Assembly (NCBI RefSeq): GCF_001194135.2
Contig: NC_068983.1
Coordinates: 31,209,328-31,273,327, forward strand
Reading direction: 5' to 3'
Source of the DNA: Octopus bimaculoides
Taxonomy: Eukaryota
DNA: 64,000 nt
Each line of letters begins with the position of its first letter. Positions within the stretch are counted from its first letter, which is position 1. This document shows, piece after piece, positions 53,448 to 64,000 of the stretch. The translations under genes were made by a program, and so were the position numbers. The notes under the pieces are model-generated. The model saw only the letters and a program-made list of their open reading frames with translations. It was not told the origin of the DNA and did not search any database.

Positions 53448-54298
53448 ACATCTCTCTCTCTCTCTCTCTCACACATACATGCACTTCATCTCTCACACAA
53501 ACACACACTGACATAGAGGGAAATGTATAGCTATAGCGTACGAAAAAATGGGTGCTCAAACCCATAATGCAACTAAGAAATCCACATAAAATATAAATAT
53601 GCATTAGATACTCATTCCTAAAATACGCAAAGCCTCACTGAGATGTGAAATCTGTTGAAGAGAGTCGGATGGTAGATTCGGGGGAACATTAGATAAAAAG
53701 AACTTTTTTATACAGCGTTCTACCGATTCTGCCATTCAACATCATTTAAAAATACATATAACCAAGGCACAAGGTGACATGTTAGGATTTAAACATGTGT
53801 AGAATGGTGAGACTACAGAGTAAGGCATTTAGTTTATCGCACTACTAGTTTTGCTACTCCTCCTCCTCCTCATCTACTCTAATAAGTAACTCTTACCCAA
53901 TTGGGTGCTCATAAATGGTCACTCGACCTGTCAGAAATTCAGCGAAATCTCCCTCCTATCACATTCAACAGTCTTTAAAGAAGGGAACAAATTGGATACG
54001 GTCCTTGATACATTGTGCATGAAAAAGATTCGCATGCATTTGGTTACAGGGCAACTAGATCAGGGCTGACTTGATGGTTAAACAACACAAACTACAATTT
54101 ACGTAGAAATTATAAAACTCTACCCTTCCACACAGAGAATATATATATATATATATACACACATAATTATAATCAAGGCCATAGAAAAAGAATTCTTGCC
54201 TATATGCCCTTAATTATAATCGTATCTATTATTTCACCATAATAGGTCTATTTTTTTATATGCTGGGCACTGATGAGATTTTTAACAATTTTATCCTT

Positions 54299-54392
<94 letters not shown>

Positions 54393-54543
54393 TATGTATG
54401 TATGTATATATATATATATATATGCGTATGATGCATTTATCCATATACGTAGACATGTGTGCGTGTATACGCTTGCATACACGTACGTATGTTTTTGTGC
54501 ATGTGTATGCATATTTGCATGCTTGTATGTGTTAATAGTTATT

Positions 54544-54590
<47 letters not shown>

Positions 54591-55559
54591 TATATGTATG
54601 CATGCTTATATGTATGTATGGCTGTATATAAGCATGTGTGTAGGTTGGTAGATAGGTAAAGAAGGAAGTAAACATAATACTTCTACACACATATGTTTCG
54701 CTTTCATAAAAGTGAATTTTCAAATTTATGTACTGCAATCATGTAATATTAACAATTTTTTTTTTCTTGAACATTCTATCAATTGATCTGCCTAAACTAT
54801 AAATATATATTTCAGATTTTTAAAATTTCCGTTAGAAAAGGATTTCGAGACAATGCCGTAGCTACTTAAACAAATCTTGTACAATTTTAAGCCCATATAT
54901 ANNNNNNNNNNNNNNNNNNNNNNNNNNNNNNNNNNNNNNNNNNNNNNNNNNNNNNNNNNNNNNNNNNNNNNNNNNNNNNNNNNNNNNNNNNNNNNNNNNN
55001 NNNNNNNNNNNNNNNNNNNNNNNNNNNNNNNNNNNNNNNNNNNNNNNNNNNNNNNNNNNNNNNNNNNNNNNNNNNNNNNNNNNNNNNNNNNNNNNNNNNN
55101 NNNNNNNNNNNNNNNNNNNNNNNNNNNNNNNNNNNNNNNNNNNNNNNNNNNATATATATACATATACATACATACATTATTTCAATATATATGAGCATGT
55201 CTAGATATGAAACTATATGCATGAGAATACATACATACATACAAACAAAAATATCCTGCTGATGTTGAAATTCCAATGAAGGAACCTTGGATCTAGGTTA
55301 CAAATCAGTTCTTTTTCTATTGGCAAGAAATTTGGAAATAAAGTGAATAACGACATACATACATACATACATGCATATTTTATAGGTAGGGGAAAAGCCA
55401 AGCTGTGTCCTCTGGAAGCACATCTGGGTATTCCAGTATTACAATCCATTACGTAGTAGTTGTATTTATGTGAGATACGAACTAGAGTTGAAAATTCTGA
55501 ACATGTTCTTTGCAAAGTTATTACGTATCAAAATAGGCATTTGGAAAAACGTTTTAGGT

Positions 55560-55790
55560 ATTATTTATTCAGCATTTCACATGTTCCATTTACTAACAGG
55601 AATTAGAAATTTCTACATGTTGGATCAACAAGTAAGGAAATTTCCTATCAGAAATTCTTCAGACAGAGAATCAAATAATATTATTTGATTTTCTACTGAA
55701 AGAATTTCTAATAGGAAATTTCTTACATGTCATATAAAACTTTGTAATTCGTATTACCAAATGGAACATGCGTAATGCTGAATTAAAAAA
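55560..55790. repeat. Spacer-less imperfect palindrome centred at 55679/55680
   Basis: Centre AATCAAATAATATTATTTGATT. The arms share TTCAGCATT..CATGTTCCATTT..GAAATTTCCTAT.AGAAATTCTT. Confidence 0.85.
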
Positions 55791-55847
55791 TGGCCCCAAA
55801 TATTTTCTAACTTCTTGTTTATATATATGTATATATATATATATATA

Positions 55848-56215
55848 TGGCACCCGTGCCAGTGGAGCGCTAACACCACCATCCGAGCGGGATCACTGCC
55901 AGAGCAGTGACCTCGCTTCCGTGCCGGTGGCACGTAAAAAGCACCATTTGAACGCAATCGTTTCCAGCTTCGCCTTACTGGCACTGGTGCCGGTGGCATG
56001 TGATCAAAACATTGGACTGGCCCTCGTACCGGTGGCACGTAAAAAGCACCCACTACACCCTCGGAGTGGTTGGCGTTAGGAAGGGCATCCAGCTGTTGAA
56101 ACTCTGCCAGATCAGATTGGAGTCTGGTGAAGCCATCTGGTTCGCCAATCCCCAGTCAAATCGTCCAACCCATGCTAGCATGGAAAGCAGGCGTTAAATG
56201 ATGATGATGATGATG
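55848..56215 (+). mobile_element. SINE/RTE-type 3' region with internal GTGCCGGTGGCACGTAAAAAGCACC repeats and a (GAT)n tail
   Basis: Internal repeats, then GGTTGGCGTTAGGAAGGGCATCCAGC..TCCAACCCATGCTAGCATGGAAA..CGTTAAATGATGATG. Confidence 0.75.
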
Positions 56216-56805
56216 GTATATATATGTATATAATTTATATAGAGTAAGAAAAAGTATAGAAATTTTTTCTACCTGTGGCCTAGTATGTATACAAAGTCAA
56301 TAAACATTTTTCATATAAAAATTAGCGTACATTTATACACAAAGAGGCAAGCCTTTAACAGGTTGCCTAACATACTAGAAAGAACAGTGGGGGATTTGAA
56401 AAATTATAATATATAAGGATGACACACGTGTTATTTAGTTTCTAATTTATATATTAATGATATGGCGTAACCGCTGATGAGAACTTCGCCTTGCAAATTA
56501 TTTTATTTGCTAATTAAATTTCGAAACCTGAAGTCCGGCTGTAAAACATGGTAAATGTTTTTATTTTTCATTCCCTTTGAAATTGCTCTTAACTGTGGTT
56601 TGGACTCTTTGACTGTTCTTTCTAGTATGTTAGCCAACCTGTAAAAGGTTTGCCTCTTTGTGTATAAAAGTACAGTAATTTTCATATATATATATATGTA
56701 TATATGTATGTATGTATGTGTATATATATGTGTGTGTGTATATGTGTATTGTCTATGTATCTAACAATCTGTCTGTCTGTCTGTCTATCTAAAAAGAAGC
56801 CTTTT

Positions 56806-57017
56806 TAAAAATAAAAATATATGTTGGATGTTAAAGTTGCTGTTCCGTTATCCAAACAATGTACTGTGTAAAATGGGTAAAAAGGCTTCTTGTTCATGGT
56901 AGAATTCCTATCGGAATTTACATACCATGGACAAGAAGCCTTTTTACCCATTCTACACAACACATTACTTGGATAACGGAACAGCAACTTTAACATCCAG
57001 CATATATTTTTATTTTT
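56806..57017. repeat. Fold-back palindrome (~95-bp arms, 21-bp spacer)
   Basis: 56806-56901 versus the reverse complement of 56923-57017 shows 7 differences by eye, all transitions. The spacer contains AATTCC TATC GGAATT. Confidence 0.9.
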
Positions 57018-57795
57018 ATTTTTATGCTCATATTTTTATTCTCATATTATCGTTTCAAATTACGTTTGTTTACTTTCGTACGTCCACCTTTCGTACGTGC
57101 ACGAGCCCAAATTCTTCGAAAACTTGCGGGTACCACCGATATACGAAGCTCTCAGGCTTATCGTTTAAGGCACGAAACTGAGTATTAGTATTTTTCGGTC
57201 GATAATTGGTGAAGAATTACGGTCCTTCTGTACCTGTCCTACGTGTACGTTTTGTAGTATTTAATACACTTTTCATTTATTGAGTAACTGAACGCCATGC
57301 ATCCCGACTTTGGTTAACTATATATATAAATATATATAGATATATATATCATTTGATAGGCACCATATATGCTTTTATAGGCTACTATTAGTTTCATGCG
57401 CTTAGAAACATTGTTTTATAGAAAATGTGTTGTCCCAACACAGTCATTAGACAGTTACATATATGCAAACATACATATATATATACATACATACATACAT
57501 ACATATATATCTCTCTCTCTATATATATNNNNNNNNNNNNNNNNNNNNNNNNNNNNNNNNNNNNNNNNNNNNNNNNNNNNNNNNNNNNNNNNNNNNNNNN
57601 NNNNNNNNNNNNNNNNNNNNNNNNNNNNNNNNNNNNNNNNNNNNNNNNNNNNNNNNNNNNNNNNNNNNNNNNNNNNNNNNNNNNNNNNNNNNNNNNNNNN
57701 NNNNNNNNNNNNNNNNNNNNNNNNNNNNNNTATATATATATATATGTATATATGTATATATATATGTATATACACGTGTGTATATGTGTGTGTGC

Positions 57796-57838
<43 letters not shown>

Positions 57839-59281
57839 GCTGTATTTATTGAGTACTGACTGTATAGCTAAACGTAATTTACATTCATATACATACAAAC
57901 ACACATGCATATCCATACGCGCATATAAATACGTTCATGCGTACATACATACATACATACATACATACATACATACATACATACATACATGCATACATAC
58001 ATACATACCTATATACATACCTGCATACATACATACATACATACATACATACATACATGCACACACACACATACATGCAAATCACAGAGGGAGCAATTAA
58101 TGTCTAATAAATGCATTTTATTTTGCTGATATCTTGCTATCAGATAGACATATCACATTGCTATATTGCATGAATATATCACAGATAACAAGTTCCGAGC
58201 AGTGATAGCCTCTGAAATGGAATGAAAGAGCAGCTTCTGAGATTGCAACCAACATCGCTATGTTTAGTTCTAATTAAAAGTTAATTAACACTGCCAAAGT
58301 CTTCAGTAGCACGCATGATTTATGCGCTTTGATGTCATCTTGATGAGGCTACTTACGCATTCGCGCATATATGACATTCACACAGACACATACAGACAAC
58401 TGATATCACTAAGACAATCAGTTATATATAAATTCCCTCACTATTCTCTCTTTCTCTCTCTCTCTCTCTCTCATGCACAATATCTTCCCGGCATTCCATC
58501 ACATACACACACATACACTCACATACACACAAACAAGCAAACATAATGCTTACATGCACACATCCACATGTATGATCCTGCCTTCATCGCACGTTCAAGC
58601 ACATATAAGTGTTCGTGTGTGTATTTGGATGGATAGCTACCTAGCTAGATAGATAGATGCATATGTATGCATGTATAAGCACATGTATATATATANNNNN
58701 NNNNNNNNNNNNNNNNNNNNNNNNNNNNNNNNNNNNNNNNNNNNNNNNNNNNNNNNNNNNNNNNNNNNNNNNNNNNNNNNNNNNNNNNNNNNNNNNNNNN
58801 NNNNNNNNNNNNNNNNNNNNNNNNNNNNNNNNNNNNNNNNNNNNNNNNNNNNNNNNNNNNNNNNNNNNNNNNNNNNNNNNNNNNNNNNNNNNNNNNNNNN
58901 NNNNNNNNNNNNNNNNNNNNNNNNNNNNNNNNNNNNNNNNNNNNNNNNNNNNNNNNNNNNNNNNNNNNNNNNNNNNNNNNNNNNNNNNNNNNNNNNNNNN
59001 NNNNNNNNNNNNNNNNNNNNNNNNNNNNNNNNNNNNNNNNNNNNNNNNNNNNNNNNNNNNNNNNNNNNNNNNNNNNNNNNNNNNNNNNNNNNNNNNNNNN
59101 NNNNNNNNNNNNNNNNNNNNNNNNNNNNNNNNNNNNNNNNNNNNNNNNNNNNNNNNNNNNNNNNNNGGTTCAGTTCTCATCAACGTTTTCTTTTGTTTTG
59201 GGCGGTGAAGAAGTAGAGATTCCAAAGTGTTGAAACAGACACTAAATAGTGTTGAAACAGACACTAAATAGTTATTCTCTA

Positions 59282-59707
59282 TAAGATTTAGACTCAGCAG
59301 TGAAACAGTAGTGTATTGAACTAAAACATGGACATCAGCTAAAGCCTTTCCAAATTGTTTGGATGTTGTCTCCCCAAGATCATTATGCGCAATATTCAAC
59401 ATGCCATGGAAGAAACATAAAAACTATAGTCAAAATTAATGGTGACATAAGTTCAATAACAACGCGTATATGAAGATTAAGATTTATGGTGACCAACAAA
59501 TCTTAATCTTAGTGGTTACATTCTGGTTGTTATTGAACTTATGTCACCATTAATTTTGACTATAGTTTTTATGTTTCTTCCATGACATGTTGAATATTGC
59601 GCATAATGATCTTGGGGAGACAACATCCAAACAATTTGGAAAGGCTTTAGCTGGTGTCCATGTTTTAGTTCAATACACTACTGTTTCACTGTTGAGTCTA
59701 AATCTTA
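59282..59707. repeat. Large nested fold-back element (182-bp arms, inner 13-bp inverted repeat)
   Basis: 59282-59463 versus the reverse complement of 59526-59707 shows 3 differences. Inner arms lie at 59473-59485 and 59498-59510. ORFs 58641-59402(-) and 59587-59799(+) give the same peptide start. Confidence 0.95.
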
Positions 59708-60154
59708 GGGATCGATTTAGATATAGTTTCTATATTGTCATTTTTCTAGTTGCTGACAGGATATTAACATTCATAAATCTTGAGCTATATGAGCATTAAT
59801 ATCCTGTCCTGAGTTAGCCAGGCTTCTAGGCTCTGGAAATCTTCCACTTCTCAGTATATATTAAATGTGCGTGTGTGTGTACATATATATATATATTGTA
59901 GACGTCATAAGAATGTTTATAAACTGTCGGGAAATTGTGAAATAATTCTCTTTTGGAATAGTGACTCCTAAAAATGTCGAAGGCAGTTTTGAATTCTTTC
60001 TTTATCCAAAAGGGGTTTTGAACCCCAAATTTACATTAGCTTTATTGCGTTCTTCTAGATCGATAAGTATGTACACATAAAAGTACATACATATATAAAT
60101 TCACAAGTTTTTTTTTACTATTTTTATTCTCTCTCTGTTTATTTCCTCGTGTTC

Positions 60155-60190
60155 CTTTCTGTTGAAGAGCGTAAGCTCGAAACGTAAAAG
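60155..60190 (+). ncRNA. Minimal hammerhead-like motif (CUGUUGA core variant) in a PLE pseudo-LTR fragment (60130-60290)
   Basis: 5'-CUUU CUGUUGA A GAGC GUAA GCUC GAAAC GUA AAAG-3'. Stem I is 4 bp, stem II 4 bp with a GUAA (GNRA) tetraloop, and stem III is the loopless palindrome ACGU. Confidence 0.6.
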
Positions 60191-60292
60191 ACTTTCTCAC
60201 CTTCCCGAGCGTCAAACTAATACACCTGCTTGTTGTTTATACAACTCTCTTCGCCTTTTGCTTTTTTGTAAATTTCAACTATACATACATAC

Positions 60293-60344
<52 letters not shown>

Positions 60345-60499
60345 GATTAGAGGTTGTATTAACCTCATGAAAGGATGGGTTCATCTAAGGAAATATTGTA
60401 TGTGTGTATAAGTATGTGTGCGTACTCGCATTTATACAAATTTTCTTAACTTTATTCATACCTTATAACGAATATTCTATACTTACCTTATTTATATTA

Positions 60500-60913
60500 A
60501 AATTTTCTTTATCAGCTCTATTTAATTTATTCATTTATTACTCTAATTCTATTTACCTTCTCTAGCTTATCTCCAATCAACCTGCAAACCTCTCGCCCGA
60601 ACATAAAGAAATACAAATCATTTATTGCGACGTGATGCATGAAACTTACATTATTTGTTGGAGCACTAGTTTCTTCGCTTCGGTAATTATGTTGTTATTC
60701 TTGGGAGAGCTGGTGGTATACATTTTCATGTTGTTAAATAGTTGGCATATAGTAGTGCTTTGCTCGTATATGTTCTTTCTTTCGATTACATGTATATCCG
60801 CGCTCGGAGTATTTGAGGATTTCAAGTGGCCCTTCAATGAATTTTACTCTTTTCCTCAAATAGAGAAGGCTGGATTCAAAATTTTCAAGCTGAAGAAGTG
60901 GTCACTGTGTTAA
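60500..60913 (-). mobile_element. Possible Penelope RT N-terminal remnant
   Basis: ORF 60646-60837 (SADIHVIERKNIYEQSTTICQLFNNMKMY) loosely resembles the ADKG..VV...Y....QL.D..Y motif. Confidence 0.3.
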
Positions 60914-61508
60914 AATGTTAGTCTCTGCAGTGTTTGACTTGGTAAATTATGTTGTTCACACAGTAATAATTGTATCCCTGTGTGAATAACAAAGTTTCCG
61001 AAGTAGTATGGTATATGTGCGTGCCTAAAAAATGATGCCTTCTTAGAGTGAAGAAATTTCTAGACCTCTTCGTAGTGACTTCCAGATTGTGTAGCAGATT
61101 AAATTACTTACTCCTTTCTTTTACTGAGTTACGTGGTACACTATCCATGTAAGCTATTGTTTTCTTCTTTTTTTTTTAATGAAACCTATCCTAGCTACTG
61201 AATCAGTATTCTAATGGCTGTGTTATTAAATATATTTCTGTCCAACGGTAGATTAGAGATTTCCTACAACAAATCCAATTACGTGACCAGACTCAATCAG
61301 TCAGAACCGACTTTACAAGTGCCCTACGAACATAACGCCTTCCACAATTTTCCAGTTATTTGCAGTATTGTATGGAAGATTGTATGTGCCTGAGTTCAAA
61401 TTTTTTTTTTGTTTTTTTTCCTATAATTCGTCTTTTATGCTTAACGTTCCTCAGTCCATTAACCTTTTAAAACCTTCAGTTTCTCATCATCTGACTCATA
61501 ATAATCGG

Positions 61509-61557
61509 AGTACTGGAGAGCTGTTCGTGCACTATGCGTGAACAGCTCTCCAGTACT
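61509..61557 (+). other. 49-nt hairpin, fully paired stem
   Basis: AGTACTGGAGAGCTGTTC GTGCA CTA TGCGT GAACAGCTCTCCAGTACT: 18 perfect bp, then 2 G-U and 3 Watson-Crick pairs, with a 3-nt loop. Confidence 0.85.
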
Positions 61558-61913
61558 GAAAGAAACACAGGAATACCGTTGTACTTGATAATATCATTAA
61601 CTTCATATATAAATTATTTAACTCGTAATTTCTAGCAAATTTCGTTATTTTATGTTTATTGTATCTTTATGCTTGATTTTTTTTGTTTATACTTGCAGTA
61701 CATAAAGCTTCTATTGTTAATTTCGAGGTGTTTTTATTAATTCTATATAGGCTGATTTAATTCTATCTAATTTGGCTTCGTGTCCTATTTTATAATGTAT
61801 TGGAATAGCCTTTTGTTGTGAATGTATGGTCAACTGACGTAATCATGTGTCAGGTGTAATAATTTTAGTCATCAAGATTACAATTACATGTTTAAATTAA
61901 AATTTGTATATAA

Positions 61914-61956
61914 GCGCAGGAGTGGCTGTGTGGTAAGTAGCTTGCTTAACAACCAC
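61914..61956 (+). mobile_element. SINE head running into an assembly gap
   Basis: GCGCAGGAGTGGCTGTGTGGTAAGTAGCTTGCTTAACAACCAC; same family as 62696. Confidence 0.75.
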
Positions 61957-62695
61957 NNNNNNNNNNNNNNNNNNNNNNNNNNNNNNNNNNNNNNNNNNNN
62001 NNNNNNNNNNNNNNNNNNNNNNNNNNNNNNNNNNNNNNNNNNNNNNNNNNNNNNNNNNNNNNNNNNNNNNNNNNNNNNNNNNNNNNNNNNNNNNNNNNNN
62101 NNNNNNNNNNNNNNNNNNNNNNNNNNNNNNNNNNNNNNNNNNNNNNNNNNNNNNNNNNNNNNNNNNNNNNNNNNNNNNNNNNNNNNNNNNNNNNNNNNNN
62201 NNNNNNNNNNNNNNNNNNNNNNNNNNNNNNNNNNNNNNNNNNNNNNNNNNNNNNNNNNNNNNNNNNNNNNNNNNNNNNNNNNNNNNNNNNNNNNNNNNNN
62301 NNNNNNNNNNNNNNNNNNNNNNNNNNNNNNNNNNNNNNNNNNNNNNNNNNNNNNNNNNNNNNNNNNNNNNNNATGTATGTATGTATGTATGTATATAATG
62401 AAAATGGATAACAAAGCCAAGGCAGGGCGAGTATCTCAGGTCATTCAGAATATTTAATTAGAGTAAGGTGAATCAAAAAATAGATTTTTAAAAATGGAGT
62501 AGAAGTTATATGTATGTATGTATGTATGTATGTATATTCCTCGGCACCCCTTTTTAACTGAGGAACAAGGTGAGCTCCACAAATACTATCTTTTCTCTCT
62601 GAGAAGGTAGTCGAATCACTTTGTGGGAATTGGTTCCAACTCCTAGTAAGTTAGAGAGAATAATCTCGAAAATCAGATTTCTTTCCATAATTCAC

Positions 62696-63535
62696 AGGCG
62701 CAGCCGTGGCTGTGTGGTAAGAAGTTTGTTTCCCAACTCTATAGTTTCGGGTTTAGTCCCACACTGCATGGTACCTTAGGTAAGTGCCTCCTTGAGCCAA
62801 CCAATGTCTTGTGAGTGAATATGGTAAACTGAAAGAATATATATATATATTATTTTTATTTATGCGCCCTTTTAAAGCCTAGCCAGGCTCATGGGCCCGG
62901 CTTCCCGGTTTCTACGGCGTATGTGCCCCCCCCCCCAGCTGGACAGGACGCCATTCCATCGCAGCGTTGCTCAAGAAACAAGAAGAAAGAGTGAGAGAAA
63001 GTTGGGGCGAATGAGTATAACAGGGGTCGCCACTACCCCTTGCCGGAGCCTCGTGAAGCTTTAGGTGTTTTCGCTCAATAAACACACACAACGCCCGGTC
63101 TGGGAATCGAAACCGCGATTCTCCGACCGCTGCCCTAACCACTGGGCCATTGCGCCTCCACACACACACACACGCGCACACACACACACACACATATATA
63201 CACACACACACATATATACACACACACACGACTCTGTGTGGGTGTATGTGTGTGTGCGTGCGTGTGTGCAGCGTGTGTGTGCAGCGTGTATGCGTGTGTA
63301 TTTGTGTCTGTGTTTGTTTCTCGCCATCGCTTGACAACTGATGTTGGTGTGTTTACGTCCCTGTAATGTAGTGGTTCGTCAAAAAAAAACTGATAGAATA
63401 AGTATTAGGCTTTACAAAAGAAAAAGAATGATAAATGCTGGGGTTGATTCGTTCGACTAAAATTCTTCAAGACGGTGCCCCAGCATGACCTCAGTCTAAT
63501 GACTGAAGCAAGTGAAAGATAAAGGATTAAAGGTG
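62696..63535 (+). mobile_element. Bipartite SINE (head 62696-62840, tail 63300-63535) interrupted in its central microsatellite
   Basis: Head AGGCGCAGCCGTGGCTGTGTGGTAAG..GTGAGTGAATATGGTAAACTGAAAGAA(TA)n. Tail TGTGTTTGTTTCTCGCCATCGCTTGACAAC..GGTGCCCCAGCATG..AAAGATAAAGG. Confidence 0.75.
62863..63159 (-). mobile_element. Near full-length, well-preserved tRNA-derived SINE nested in the SINE above
   Basis: Reverse complement begins GGAGGCGCAATGGCCCAGTGGTTAGGGCAGCGG..GGTTTCGATTCCCAGACCGGG (A and B boxes) and ends GCCTGGCTAGGCTTTAAAAGGGCGCA plus an A-rich tail. Confidence 0.85.
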
Positions 63536-63963
63536 CCATGAAGGAAAAGACAGATTATCTAAAGGCAAAAAAAGATAGACATCAACATGTGTTTCTGTCC
63601 GAATCAGCCTACTAATTGTCTAACCTTATCTTCAGCGGACATAGACATATTCAAAAAAGGAAAGAGTAGAGCATTTTACGACTTGGGTAATTTGCATATA
63701 TGAAACGAAAATAAGCCAACAGAAATAACTCAGAGTAGCCAATCGTATGCATTTCAACAACAAAGTCATAATTTCAATAAATCATCTTGATTTATAATCT
63801 TGTATGTGACGATGATGATGATGATGACGACGACGACGATGATGAAATTAGGATATTGATGATTAAGTTAGGATGTCTCACGGTACTTCAAGATTTATCA
63901 GGAAAACAAGACGCAATGAGAAATCAATTTATAGATTTTACTCATGGCAAATATATATGTATG

Positions 63964-64000
<37 letters not shown>

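Noticed and set aside
57150-57190. ..GGCACGAAACTGAGTATTAG, resembling the 3' half of the 48067 hammerhead
   Set aside because: No CUGANGA core and no closing stem I.
63090-63159. tRNA genes (also 11507, 21340-21410, 44150, 52435)
   Set aside because: A/B boxes are present but no complete cloverleaf, and they continue into SINE bodies.

Overview
AT-rich, microsatellite-saturated animal DNA with 13 N-gaps, almost all flanked by microsatellites. The tRNA-derived SINE families and repeat landscape look like an octopus (cephalopod) draft assembly; this is an inference from recalled repeat families, not a database match. I find no intact protein-coding gene, rRNA, true tRNA or CRISPR array, and nearly all listed ORFs are read-throughs of microsatellites or gaps. 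The window is a transposon graveyard. It holds a decayed Chapaev3-type transposase, mariner and Tigger/pogo remnants, CR1-, RTE- and Tx1-type LINE fragments, Penelope-like elements (PLEs), many SINEs and MITE-like inverted repeats. Two layers of RNA structure are the most interesting. (1) There are six type I hammerhead-ribozyme motifs: a fully canonical one at 48067-48117, a near-canonical one at 43111-43158, minimal variant-core ones at 12373-12420 and 60155-60190, and decayed ones at 3824-3858 and 47739-47789. Two of them lie in inverted pseudo-LTR arrangements. (2) Long fold-back palindromes cluster at 55.5-61.6 kb. One has 182-bp arms about 98% identical and carries a leucine-rich-repeat-like reading frame on both strands. 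All alignments and translations were done by eye.
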